Part shown: positions 26,559 to 38,814 of the stretch, in pieces | How positions within the stretch are numbered: position 1 is the stretch's first letter | How the letters are laid out: each line of letters starts with the position of its first letter | Assembly (NCBI RefSeq): GCF_018977255.1 | Contig: NW_024704742.1 | Coordinates: 61,320,001-61,384,000, forward strand | Length of the DNA stretch: 64,000 nucleotides | From: Callorhinchus milii | Lineage: Eukaryota | Reading direction: 5' to 3' | The notes under the pieces: model-generated | Seen by the model: the letters and a program-made list of their open reading frames with translations, nothing else | The model's database searches: none | Told to the model about the DNA's origin: nothing | Made by a program: the position numbers and the translations under genes

Positions 26559-26876
26559 TGGAGTCCTGTACTTCTTCCCGCTCAGTGGTTAGAGCACTAA
26601 CCTCGCAAGTGAGAGACCTGGGTTCGATTCTCAGCAGGGCCAAATGTTGGGCAAGTTTCCTTATTCCACAAGCCTGATAATAATTCCTCAAGAAGAAAAA
26701 AGCAAAAAGAATTTTGTCACTCAATCCACGACTGTCTGTGGGACCCTGCTGTGCACAATTGGCTGCCACACTTCGCCCACAAGTATGCAGTCAATTCACT
26801 TTACAGTACAATCTATGAAGCACTTTGAGATGTCCAGAAGGTGTGAAAAGCGTGATATCAAATGCAAGGATTATTA
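26559..26876 (+). mobile_element. SINE (short subfamily, more diverged)
   Basis: tRNA head, Deu-like body and tail. Confidence 0.85.
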
Positions 26877-27279
26877 GTTTCCTCTGTCCCCTCACTGAGT
26901 GACAGCCTGGAGCCTCTTGCGAATGGTTGGATTCTGCTGTCAATCAGTCGCAATTTGACTCCTTCCATCTCCATCCCGGAGTCACTCGAGACAAAGTGAG
27001 CTATTTAAAATAGTTGGGAGCACAAATGAATCTGGGCCAGTTGTTTTGTCTGATTTACTGTCCGTTGATTAACTGTCATCCATCTTAAGTATTTCAAATA
27101 TATAGAAAAAGCATATTTACCTGCTCTAGAGGACAGAGAATCATTTGTTTGAGAGATCTTACCTTCATCGCTTTATTCTAAAAACAACAGCTGTTTCAGG
27201 CTTAGGGTTATACTCAACTTGTTTATTGCATTCGTAACTTAGCCTTTCTTCATCATAACTGCAATGCCACCTGGTACAC

Positions 27280-28660
27280 ACACACATGTATAGCACCTAT
27301 CACATCGGGAGGAGGTCTGAAGGTGGACAATCAGTGTTTCGGACCCAAGCGAGGGTTCGGGATCGCGGAGGGTGGAGGATCGGGGGGCAAACAGGGTGAT
27401 CTGCTTGAGACGGGTCTTGTAGGAGGCAAGGAGGGGGCGAGGTCGAGGGACTGTGGGATGGATTTCTAGAGGGTGGGAGCAGAGTGGATCAAGGCCTGCT
27501 TGCAAATGGTGGGGTGGGCGAGGTGGGGGACGTGAAGCAGGCCGGAGCCTACTGAGCAGAGGGAGCGGGTAGGTTGGTAGCGGGATAGAAGGTCGCAGAG
27601 GTAGGGGGGAGCAGGGCCATGGAGGGCTTTGAAGGCGAGGACCAGGATCCAGAACTGCATCCTCTGTGTGATGGGAACTCAGTGGAGTCGGCTGAGGATG
27701 GGGGGTGATAAGCTCAAGGAGCCTGGTGCAGGAGAGGACACAGGCTACAGAGTTCTGGATGATCTGCAGCCTATGGAGGGAGGAGTTGGGGAGGCTGACA
27801 AGCAGGGAGTTTGTGTAGTCGAGCTTGGATGTTATGAATGCATGCATGAGAGTCTCGGCGGCCTCCAATGTGAGACAGTGGCAGAGCCGGGCGATGTTGT
27901 GGAGGTGGGAGAAGGCAGAGCAGGACATGTCATGGATGTGGGGTAGAAAGGATAGTTGAGGGTCAAACAAGACATAAGGTTCAGGTCTGGATTAGCAAAG
28001 TGGAGTGTGCATCTTTGGATGGTGATACTGTCAGTGCCTGAGGTGTGGAGGCGCATCCGGAGCCAATCAGGAGAGTCTCGGTCTTATTGACGTTCAATGT
28101 TAGATAGTTAGCTCCATGACTGACAGATATTCTATCAGCACAGCAGTGGTCCTGGAATCGAGTGTGAGGCAGAGAGATAGAGTTGTGCGTCATCTTCATA
28201 CATGTGGAAGTTAACCCCATGTCTGCGAATGATGTCATCAATGGGGAGCATATAGATGTTGAAGAGGAGGGGACCAAGGACAGATCCCTGAGGAACTCCG
28301 CACAAGATGGCACGGGGGCTAGAGGAGAAGCCATTTGTCGAGATGAAGTGAGAGGTAGAATCTGAACCATACAAGGACAGAACCATAAAGATTGATGTAG
28401 GAGGAGAAGCGCTGGAGGAGGATAGAGTGGTCAACAGTATCGAAGGCAAAAGAGAAGTGAAAGAGGACGAGGAGGCAAAGGGAGCCTTAGTCGCAGATGG
28501 ACAAATTGGCGTTTGTCACTTTGACCATTGGAGGGGTAGTTGAAGGGAGTGGCGGGAGAGGAAGGAGGAAAGCTGGGAAGCAACGCCTTGTTCCAGGACC
28601 TTGTAAAGGAAAGAGAGGTTGGAGATGGGGGGTTAGTTTGAGAGCAGGGGTGATGGAGGA
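27280..28660 (-). mobile_element. L2 3' fragment
   Basis: [10 protein letters not shown] and YEDD motifs; 3' UTR hairpin. Confidence 0.85.
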
Positions 28661-28854
28661 AGAAGAATATAATAGAAGTATTGTCTTTCTTCTCACATAA
28701 CACAGACCATATATGTGCAAGGATTATTACTTTTTTTTTCTTCATTACCATACTAGACAGAGCAAAGATATTAGATATGGAAAATATATTTTTCATTAAT
28801 CATGTCTAGCAATATTACAAACGTTATACGAGAATACATGCTTAGAGATTATAA

Positions 28855-29140
28855 CAATCCTTGCGTTTGATAATCCTTGCATTGACATAACACCTTGTCA
28901 AGTCTTTGAGATGTTTCAAAGCGCTTCACAGAATATACTGTTAAGTGAATTGACTATATTTTGTGGGCGAAACACAGAGGCCAATTATGCCCAGCAGTGT
29001 CCCATTAACCGACCTGGATTGAGTGACCAAATTATTTATTTTTATTTATTTTTTGAAGGGATTATTACCCTCCCGGAAAGAGATCCGCCAATCGACTAAC
29101 AAAAAGGTTCCTATTTACTGTTAGGTGAACAGAGGCGTGT
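28855..29140 (-). mobile_element. SINE (long subfamily), 5'-truncated
   Basis: Body and tail match the other long copies. Confidence 0.8.
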
Positions 29141-29543
29141 GGATGAAGGGATGTCCTCCCGATGTGAGAATTTGCGATACAAATGTAATTTTGTACTGTA
29201 TCGTATCCAATGAACACCAGGGTCATCAATGTCCTGACTGAGGGGCTTGAGGAGGTCACCACCTCCTGGTCTCAGGATCCTCCACCGCACACAGACAGAG
29301 ATATGCTTCAGATGCTGGAAATAGCATTTGCATAATTGTACCCACGGGATAGTTTGGCCTAATGTATTTTTGCCCAAATGACTTGGAAGCTTGGGTTGTT
29401 GAAGACATTTTAAAAATGTCTTTGTCCATGAAGTCTAATGTGTTCTTGGAACTGCCTTTTTTAATCCCAAAGTAACATGAGTTATGGTTTTCTTATTTGT
29501 GTATGATGTACTTTAATTCTTCATAAAATCAATGCAAAATGTA

Positions 29544-29878
29544 TAATAATAATAATCCTAGCATTTGATATAGTGCCTTATCACATCTTCAAGATGTCTC
29601 AAAGCGCTTCACAGAATATACTGTAAAGTGAATTGACTGTATATTTTGTGGGCGAAACGGGGCAGCCAATTGTACACAGCAGCGCCCCACAAACAGTCAT
29701 GGATTGAGTGACCATTTATTTATTTATTTTTTGTTGATGGAATTATTACCCATGGAAAAGCAATCCGCCAATCGACTAACAAACGGGTTCCTACTTATCC
29801 AAGGTCAACAGAGCTGCATGGAATAAGGAAACTTGCCCAATGTTTTGCCCTGCCAGGAATCGAATCCAGGTCGCTCAC
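29544..29878 (-). mobile_element. SINE (long subfamily)
   Basis: Extra segment, body and tail match the other long copies. Confidence 0.85.
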
Positions 29879-29932
29879 TCCCTGTGATGCCAACTACAAT
29901 GCAAAATGTAATTGGCATCACAGACCAATAAC

Positions 29933-30061
29933 CTTTTCCATCTGTGGTGTTGGCAGAGTTGTTCAATAGAGATAATGCCATACTTTGTATAAAGAGGTGA
30001 CGGAAATCCAGTTCTGGATTCTGTCCTTGGCAGATGTATCCAAGAGCTGTGGACCTTCAAT
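29933..30061 (-). CDS. Exon (2->2) LKVHSSWIHLPRTESRTGFPSPLYTKYGIISIEQLCQHHRWK(R)
   Basis: Acceptor tttatccgtag, donor AG|gttatt; within ORF 29875..30084. Confidence 0.55.
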
Positions 30062-30080
30062 CTACGGATAAATATTGACT

Positions 30081-30095
30081 CCACTAGATGGAGAC
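30081..30095 (+). promoter_or_regulatory. CTCF-like motif
   Basis: CCACTAGATGGAGAC compared with CCACYAGRKGGCRC. Confidence 0.35.
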
Positions 30096-30996
30096 ATATC
30101 TGCAGTGCTTTGTGGAGAATAATTTGTAACTACATTACAACATCTATTATTCCAGAGGTTAAAATGAATTGGAATTTACAATTATTCCTTGGGTTGGAGG
30201 TTTGTACATCTGGTCTGGTGTGAATGCTAACAAATTAGATTCTGTAAATTCTATTAATTTACATTGCGTTATCATCAACGCTGATTTATAGCTGACTAGT
30301 GGTTGCACAAGCTATTTTTAAGAAAATCTGCTTTGAGTCGATCAGCTTAGCTGCTTACAGTCAAAGTCATCTCATCTCATCAAAACCAGTTCTTCAAAAA
30401 TGGTTGACATTGTTGAGTTTCCTAACTACCTTGAAGACCTTTCTTTTTGACCATATCTAGTCATCTCTCCTCTCTTCTTGATTCGGTAATAAACTCCACA
30501 AAAGTGTTAAGCTCTCCAAGGTACTATCCCATCTGAAGGGTATTATATAAATGCAAGTTGTTGTTGTGAATGGGCTTGACTATGCCAGGCTGTGATTGGC
30601 TGCACCACTTACCACTTGCTAGATGGTTCTACAGATGATGTGAATTCAGCTGAACTGTCGGGAAACAAAAACTAAATGACATTATTTATTTTAATATTTG
30701 TCCGCTGGAATTTCAACCAATAGACTGGAAACAAGCAAATGTGGATCTTATGTTCCAAGAGAGCTACAAAATATATATCTGTCAACTATAGACACATTGG
30801 TCTGATCTTAATAAATGGAAAACTCAAACTGAAAGATTCTCTGTATGAAAATAGCCCAATAAATGACAATGCGATGTGGGATAAAGGCTGTCACTGCCTT
30901 TGATTGTTATTGGTGATCAACCTATGTTAAAGGGAGCAAACAAGGGCTGCACTACAATCAGACTTGATTGGAGTTTGTGATAATCGGGCACCCGAC

Positions 30997-31081
30997 CTTC
31001 GGGATAATTGAGCACAAGTATAAAGCCGGGGGCTTCGGAGTATGAAGGGGAAGTTTGGCGAAGGTGGGTATGTAGAGCTTC
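30997..31081 (-). CDS. Candidate linker exon (1->2) SSTYPPSPNFPFILRSPRLYTCAQLSR
   Basis: CpG-rich unique sequence; acceptor ttctaacaag; weak donor AG|gtcggg; frame ambiguous. Confidence 0.35.
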
Positions 31082-31714
31082 CTTGTTAGAATAAACTTTT
31101 GTGTGTGTTAAAACTATTGTGCAAGTTTTTTTTGTTTGAAATGCTTGCCCTCCTACAGACAGCCGTAAGAACCTGGAATCCATATGATTTTAGGAATTGA
31201 GTACTTTAAGAAAATGCTTGATATTGTATTGAGAAGGCTAAAGGATAGGTACTTTAGTAAGTAAAAGATCAATGGACTGAAGAATTTTTTCCTCCTTACT
31301 TCTCTTTGTAAGGGGAAAGATGATAAGTAATGCTTCCCTAGGAAAAATCTAGTTCAGAGGAGAGACATTTGGAAAATCCAGGCAGTTCTGTGGTAATCCA
31401 AGGTACTATCAATGGTTGACCAGCACATCTAGCTCATCATTGAGAATTGGAAATAAATACAGGTTCTCAATGCTGTTAGTCAAAGCTTTGATGGTGTACT
31501 TGTAGTCCAAGCTGGTCAAGTACTATGTTTTGCTGATACCATTTTGGGTTTTCTGGCTAAGATGGTACTGGTTAAGAAGTTATAGCACCTTTGTGTGAAA
31601 AGAGGCTTAAGAGGATTCTATAAGGTAAGTATGAATTTGAGGTCTCAGCCTATCAATTAGGTCTGAACATGCACAGCAAAGTAAGGCAACTGTGTCCTCC
31701 TGATAACAATATGT

Positions 31715-32088
31715 AATTATAATATTTTTTTGCATTTGATATAGTGCCTTATCAAATCTTTAAGATGTCTCAAAGTGCTTCACAGAATATACTGTAAAGT
31801 GAATTGATTGTATATTTTGTGGGTGAAACACGGCAGCCAATTGTGCACAGCAGTGTCCCACAAACAGTCATGGATTGAAGTGACCAATTTTTTATTATTT
31901 TTTTGAAGGAATTATTAGCCCTGGAAAAGCAATCTGCCAATCGACTAACAACCGGGTTCCTACTTACTGCTAGGTAAACAGAGGTGTGTGGAGTAAGGAA
32001 AATTGCCCCAAATTTCACTCTGTCAGGAATTGAACACAGATCTCCTGCTTGCGAGGTGAGTGATGTAACCACTGGTTTGCAAAACTGG
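31715..32088 (-). mobile_element. SINE (long subfamily)
   Basis: Head, extra segment, body and tail. Confidence 0.85.
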
Positions 32089-32499
32089 ATACATAAATAA
32101 AATGTTGCTCTGATACTTGGTCTGAAATTAGGCTTTGTAAAAGTAAGTCTTTTTCTTGGATGTATGTTTGTTACACTGTGCTTACTGACTGCATTACTTA
32201 TCAATATAAGCAGCTTTTGCGTTCAAATGAACTAAGTTGATAGTGTCATTCATTGCGGTTAGGTCACTTAAGTAATGTAAGATTCATGTCATTCAATGAA
32301 CTCTTCAGTGGTAATTGTGTATTACCATTTATTACTTTTTGAAGGAATGATTATCCCTGGAAAAGCTATCCACCAATCGACTAACAATTGGGTTCCTTCT
32401 TACTGCTAGGTAAACAGAGGCATGTGGAATAAGAAAACTTGCCACACAAAATTGAGTGCAGTGGTAATTGTGTATTACCACTGCACTCTCCGTATTTCT

Positions 32500-34045
32500 T
32501 CATTGGTATGTTTCCAGCCCAACAAGGAAGGAAGCAGTGCTGGATCTAGTCCTGGGGAATGAAGTGGGGCAAGTGGAGCGGGTTTCAGTGGGAGAGCATC
32601 TGCACATTAGTGATCACAGTATCATTATGTTTAGAGCAGTTATGGAAAGGGATAAGGAACTATCAAAGGTGAAGATATTCAACTGGAAGAGGGCTCATTT
32701 CAGTGACTTGAAAAGAGATCTGGCCCAGGTTGATTGGAAACCAAGATTGATGGTAAATGAGCAATGTAAGTCCTTCAAGGAGAAGATAGTTAGAATAAAG
32801 ACCAAAGCCATTCCTATGAGGGAAAAGCTGAGCATCCAAAACTAGAGCTCTCTGGATGACTAATGAGTCTCGTGGACTCGTGGAGACCTGTAGCTCAGTG
32901 GTTAGAGCACTCGCTTTGCAAGCGAGAGACCTGAGTTCAATTCCAGGCAGGGCGAAACCTTGGGCAAGTTTCCTTACTCCACACGCCTAATAATAATCCC
33001 TCCAAAAAACAAAAACAATAATAAATTGGTCATTTTCAATCTACGACTGTTTGTGGGACATTGCTGTGCGCAATTGGCTGCCGCGTTCGCCCACAAATAT
33101 ACAGTCAATTCACTTTACAGTGTGTTCTGTGAAGCGCTTTGGGACGTCCTCCCGACGTGAAAAGCGCTATATCAAATGCAAGGATTATTATTATTATTAT
33201 TATTAAATTGGGATGAAAATAAATGGAAAAAGGAGACTTATGATAAATGTCAGGTTCAAAATACATTTGAGAATCAAGCAGAATACAAAAAGTACAGAGG
33301 AGAACTGAAAAAGGAAATAAGAGGGCAAAGAGAGTGTATGAGAAAAGATTACTGGGTAACATAAAAGGAAACACAAAATTCTTCCGATTACATATAAAGA
33401 GTAAAAGGATAGTCAAAGGAAGGGTGGGGCTGATTAGGGACCAAAAAGGATAGCTTTTTGTGGAGGCAAAGGATATGGCTGAGGTACTTTGCTTCTGTCT
33501 TCACAAAAGAGGGTGATCAATGTCACAGTAAAGGAGGAGGTAGAGAAATTGGATAAGATTTAAAATTAGATAGAGAGGAGGTACTTAAAGTTACCAGTGC
33601 TCAAAGTAGAAAAGTCACCTGGTCTGGATAGGATGCATCCCAGATTGCTGAGGGAAGTTAGGGTGGAAATAACGGAGGCTCTGGCTACAATCTTGGATAT
33701 GGGAGTACAGCCTGAGGACTGGAGGGTTGCAAATATTATACCCCTGTACAAAAAAGGGAGAGGGATAAACCTGGTAACTACAGGCCAGTCAGCCTAATGT
33801 TGGTGGCGGGGAAACTTCTAGAGATCATAATCTAGGACAAAATAAATTTTCACTTAGAAAAACATAAGCTAATTAATGACAGTCAACACAGGTTTGTTAA
33901 AGGCAAATTATGTCTGACAAACTTAATTGAGTATTTTGATAATATAACGGAGAGGCTTGATAAAGGTAGTGCAGTTGATGTAGTGTATATGGACTTTCAG
34001 AAGGTGTTTGATAAGGTGCCACATAATAGACTAGTAAGCAATAAT
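32500..34045 (+). mobile_element. CR1 LINE ORF2 fragment interrupted by a SINE at 32880
   Basis: PTRKEAVLDLVL, KSPGLDRMHPRLLRE, DWRVAN and YMDFQKVFDKVPH motifs. Confidence 0.9.
32880..33204 (+). mobile_element. Young full-length tRNA-derived SINE (short subfamily)
   Basis: A box TAGCTCAGTGG, TGC anticodon arm, B box GTTCAATTCC, Deu-like 3' part, L2 tail, (TTA)n. Confidence 0.9.
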
Positions 34046-34049
34046 TGAA

Positions 34050-34565
34050 GGAGGAAATGGGGTGGAGGACAGGGGTGATGGGTTAAATGGGTGTTAATGA
34101 TACAAAACAAAGGGGCGTAAAAATTGTAACAAAATAGGCAGACCAGAGAGAGAAACGATATGTCTGGAACCCAGATAGTTTGCTAATGGTCACAAAAGAG
34201 GGGAAAGGTAAGATGTAATGGAAGAAGGGACCTGTTCTTATGATGTGAAGTGGATGAATTTAATATTCAGGCCAGAGGACTGTAAGGTCCCTAGCAGGTA
34301 GATGAGCTTGTGCTGTGCTCCACTGGACAGCATATGACACCATGGATGGAGAGGCCAGAGGGAGAGTTGAAGTGGCAAGAAACTGGAAGCTCAGGGTTGT
34401 ACTTGCGGACAGATTGGAAGTGTTCAGCAAATCGATCACCCAATCTGCGTTTGGTCTCCCCGGTGTAGAGAAGATCACATTGTGAGCAGCGAATACAGTA
34501 AAATACATTGGTGGTAGTACATGTAAATCACTATCTCACTTGAAAACTGTTTAGGGCCCACTGTC
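34050..34565 (-). mobile_element. Penelope-like 3' fragment (GIY-YIG endonuclease remnant plus part of the pLTR)
   Basis: Minus translation CIRCSQCDLLYTGETKRRLGDRFAEHFQSVRK...LPVSCHFNS; similar to 42750..42830 and 43050..43160. Confidence 0.75.
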
Positions 34566-34889
34566 CATATACCCAATTTTATTTCCTGAACTTAACCCCA
34601 GTAGTTTTTTTATTATTAGGGCTGGTCGCACTGTACAGCTCAAGAAGCATTATAAGGTGCACCCGGCCGGCCGCTGGGCTGCATTCTGTTTACGCTGTTC
34701 CAAATGCTTTGACACATCCTCCTGATGTGAAAGGAGCTATATAAGTGTAAACTGTAGTTTTATTTTATCTCTAATGGGGGCAAAGGGGAGCGGGAACAAG
34801 AAAATAACATGCAATGCACTTAGATTTTGCAAGTTTGAATAATGTTAAATAGAAAACTAGAGTAGAAGCAATTGATATAATGTGAGCTT

Positions 34890-34939
34890 GTTGCTATGGA
34901 AATAGGATAAGGTTGGGAGTAGCTTGTTGCCAGGGCAGC
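34890..34939. promoter_or_regulatory. Paired RFX X-box-like motifs
   Basis: GTTGCTATGGAAAT (34890) and GTTGCCAGGGCAGC (34926) compared with GTTGCCATGGCAAC. Confidence 0.35.
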
Positions 34940-35464
34940 TACTTGTTTTGCGCTCATCAGAACGAAGGATGTCAGTGCTGGGAACTTGAACCTCTTTTTT
35001 CAGTTGCTTAGTAAATTAATGACCATACTTGTGTGCATTGATGAATCCTATTTTAATATTAAAGGACTTAGGGAATGAGCAGAAATGTGAGATCAGACTC
35101 AGTGGCTCACGTGGAGAACAACTACTGTATAGACCTGTTGCTCTGAATATTCTGTTTGGGTGCAGTAATGCTCTCTGATTCCAAGTCCCACATTGCCAAG
35201 TTCAGTTCATTAGAATGCTACACACTCACCTCCAACATCTAGCGATCTTGGATTAGGCCCAAATTCTCAATCTGAGAGTTAATTGCAGTTTGCAAATATT
35301 TGACTATGTAGAAGAAAGGACAAGACAACAGGTAATTTGAAGGGTAAGAGAGATCATTTTCCTTAAGATATTTATAAGCAAATATGCAAAGAGAAGAAAA
35401 GGTACAATGAGAGAACACAAGTTTGGTGCAGATAAAGAAGATCTTTCAGCCGATTTATAATATA

Positions 35465-36031
35465 CTAGTTGTACCCATTGCAGCTACGCTTGCAACCAAA
35501 ATCCAATATGGAATGTAGATTGACACACAGACAGACGTACTTACTTATCCTTGAAATGTTTGCTTTTTGCTTATTTATCTTTATATTGATAAATATGAAT
35601 GCACAATTTATAATCACTGGGACATCCTCCTGATGTGAAAGGTGCTTTTAAAAATGTAATTTTGTTGTTGTTGACGCCACTTGGTTTGTGTTCTTTATTT
35701 TGTTCCCACCGCCTCTTGGCTATTTGTGTGTTCTGACACATGATGCCACGCCGCCACAGTCAGCCGGCATGGCCCCCAGGTGTAACTGCATGATGCCACA
35801 GCAACGCTTTGATTTGACACCCACTAAGGTGTAACTGCAGGAAAAAAACAAAACTGAAATACATTTTAGGTCATAATTCGTGAAAGATAGAAAGTACCCA
35901 TAACCAACTATGCCCATGTCACTCCCATTTGCAACACCTTTCTGATAAGGTATAAATCATGTTTCTACATCAATTGATTATTGAGATCTTTCTTGAAGCA
36001 CAGACAGACATTGTTGTTTTATTAGTATAGA
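35465..36031 (-). mobile_element. Non-autonomous Helitron (567 bp)
   Basis: Minus strand reads A|TCTATACTAATAAAAC...TTGCAAGCGTAGCTGCAA hairpin...CTAG|T: 5' TC, 3' CTRR, subterminal hairpin, AT target, no TSD. Confidence 0.75.
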
Positions 36032-38705
36032 TAATACTGATAATCCTTGAATATGATATAGCACCTTATCAAATTGTTGAGATGGTTCAAGGTGCTTCAC
36101 AGAATATACTATAAAGTGAATTGATAGTGTATTTTGAAATTTAACTATTATTCTGTTGGCAGTATTTAATTGTCATTTAATCTCACCCTTCCAGAATAAC
36201 CACACTACAATTTTCCCATCACAACACCAAGTTGCTTCTGAAATGAGTCCCATATCCTGGTCTCAAAGATCCTTCCCAATAATCCATTGCAGTCGTCAAT
36301 TGCCCTCTTAATATCTAGCATTGCAATCCTTTTTTTCTATTATTTGAAATAACTGATCAAAAAATATTTACTAAATGACAAGTGTGGTCGATTGACCAGA
36401 AACAAACCAATGATTCCTGAATCCAAAAATTGGGAGCAAAAATAATTGTCAGTTTCTGGTTTTCTGAGGCAATGTGAAGCCATTAGTTAAAATATGTACA
36501 GTTAAAAAGAAAAACAAAGTAATAGTTTACTTGAAATTTTATCGTTTAACAGTGACTTTTCCCATTAAAGATTGATTAATGAACCAATACATTGAGATGC
36601 CAATGTATTGACAGAGCTTCCTTTTAAAATGATTGCAATGGGTTGTTTGCCAGGCCTCTTGTGCTTAGCAATGGTGCAACTTGCATTAATGATCAAGTAA
36701 TGAAGCAGTGAACTAATATCACTTCAAGAAATGGCTAATAAGACTGATTACTTTACACAAAATTTCCAGGACATTTTTGATCTTCATTTAGCATAGTCTT
36801 TAATCATCTGCACTAAAAATGAAAGTATCAGACACAGATTCTAGGGTCTGAAATGTGGGTTGGGCTTACCATGTTCAACTGCATATAGGTATTCTTAATA
36901 ATATTATGGGTGCTGAAGGCTGTGGAAGCTATTGGAAGGTGAGGAGGAGGACCATAAGATTGTTCTATGGGGGGATAGGTAGCAGTAAAGCTATCTAACA
37001 ATATAGCAGCTTCTGTATTAGCCTTTCACTTATAGCATCCAGGACACACAACTCAACCACTTTGTAACCATAAGAAAAAAAGAAGTTGAACTCTATTATC
37101 TTTAAAACAAATGTTGTATTGTATGAAAAATATTCAGCGTGCTGTTTAAGGTTTAATTTCTTGGTTCAAAAGACATCATAAACCACAGCAATGGAGCATA
37201 ACTGAGTTATGAATACCATCAAAGCCTGAAATTGTTTCACTTCTTTGTTGCTCCATTGCAGCATTTATAAACTTGTGTGTATTTTAAAAAGTGCCTCAAT
37301 TTTTTCTGAACCTATCTCCATCTTTCAGAGTGCAATGGCAGTCATTGTTCCATATCTGTATGTTGTAAATGCAGAGATTAAAGGTCATTCCAAGCACTTC
37401 ACCAAATGCTATAGTCATACAAATTTGTTGTAAGACACATGTACATGTAAATACACATGCAATACTGAAAATAAAATGGGTTTAAAATTAAGTGTAAAAT
37501 CAATTTACTCGTCATCAATTTAAACAGTGCTGAACAATGAAGGTGTTTGATGCTGAGCTGATGGAGGTTGCTGCAGGCCTGGTTAAAGAGAAAAATCTTC
37601 GGGTGTTTTCTGAAGATGGGTAAAGAGGGACAAGGTGGAGGAATTGAAAATACTTAAATTTTTATAATATGGTTTGCTTCATTAGCATTCAGTTGGTGTT
37701 TGTCAGAGAATATTGGCTCCATTTAATCCACACAGTTGAAGTCACCGTTATTTCCCTATGATATGTTGGGAGATACCTGTAGGTTTATTGACTAAGGTAG
37801 AGTTAAAGAATCCCAAAATAATATCTACAAAGTGTACTAAAATAATCAGTATTTTCAAAAATGCCTATGACCGCCTGTCCCTTCCATTCAATCCTTTGAC
37901 CTCCAACCCCGTCCCCCTATACATTCCAAGACTTTACCCTACATGAAGGGCACTATATAAACAATGCTGTTGTTATTATTAAACAATAAACTGGAAAACA
38001 GGAAAGAGTGGTTCAATCTTTTCATGTGTAATGGAGTCATTCCTGGTGTGCTCTCAGCATTGCTTAAATGCTGTGAAACATACAAGTAGGGTTGCTAGTT
38101 TACAACTAATAATCTCAATGTTAATTTATCTTATTTTTTTGGATTATAACAAGTTGTTCGACTAGAAAAACAGCTAGGGCAGAGTCCTGGAATGCTTGAA
38201 TGATCCTAATTATAAACCTTGCTTTTGATTTAAATGCTTTTCGTGTCAGGAGGTGCTACATAGGATTTACTGCAAAGTATAATGACTGACTATTTCAATA
38301 GTGAAAGTCCAAATTAAAGATGGATTTTCTAAAATTCCACATAATACATTTTAAGACAATGATATAAGGCTGAAACTGAGAGAAATTCTGGGTCTCTGAT
38401 TTTATGGTAAATCTTGAGGCAAATTTGAAGCCACTTCTCCTGAAGTCATATCATTTGAATTAATTTGATTGCCATACCGTGCACTGCCTCATCACCATCA
38501 TCCGTGCAATCACTCAAATCTTTATCCTAGGTTTGACTTTTCAAAATGAATTAGTACTATCATCCTCTTGCAGAGTCTGCTGAACAGCACATCTTTTGCA
38601 ACTAAATGCCATTACTTGCACCAGTGTAAAGTCCCTCCCTGGATTTATGTGGAGGAGAAATTACACAAGCAGCTATCAATCACTAGGTCCTCTGGTCAAT
38701 GATAC

Positions 38706-38749
38706 TTCCAAACAGATACACACAAAATTGATTAAATTGCTTGAAACCT
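38706..38749 (-). CDS. Candidate exon (2->1) GFKQFNQFCVYLFG
   Basis: Acceptor ccttgctag, donor gtatca; YLFG resembles the Mab-21 C-terminal NLF motif. Confidence 0.4.
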
Positions 38750-38814
38750 CTAGCAAGGCAGTTTTGTAGCATAGTAAAAAGAGGTAGAATATTGAAAACC
38801 GTATTATTATTCTG

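Larger units (their letters stand above)
26224..27095. mobile_element. Decayed pogo/Tigger-like DNA transposon remnant with a nested SINE and microsatellite
   Basis: TA-CAATGGAAGCCACTTAA left end; internal diverged direct repeat; right end degenerate. Confidence 0.35.

Noticed and set aside
32880..32955. tRNA-Ala(TGC)-like gene
   Set aside because: It is a SINE head, repeated more than 15 times and fused to the SINE body, with no proper acceptor stem.
38478..38526. Exon DKDLSDCTDDGDEAVH
   Set aside because: The splice sites are plausible but the phase does not fit the preceding exons.
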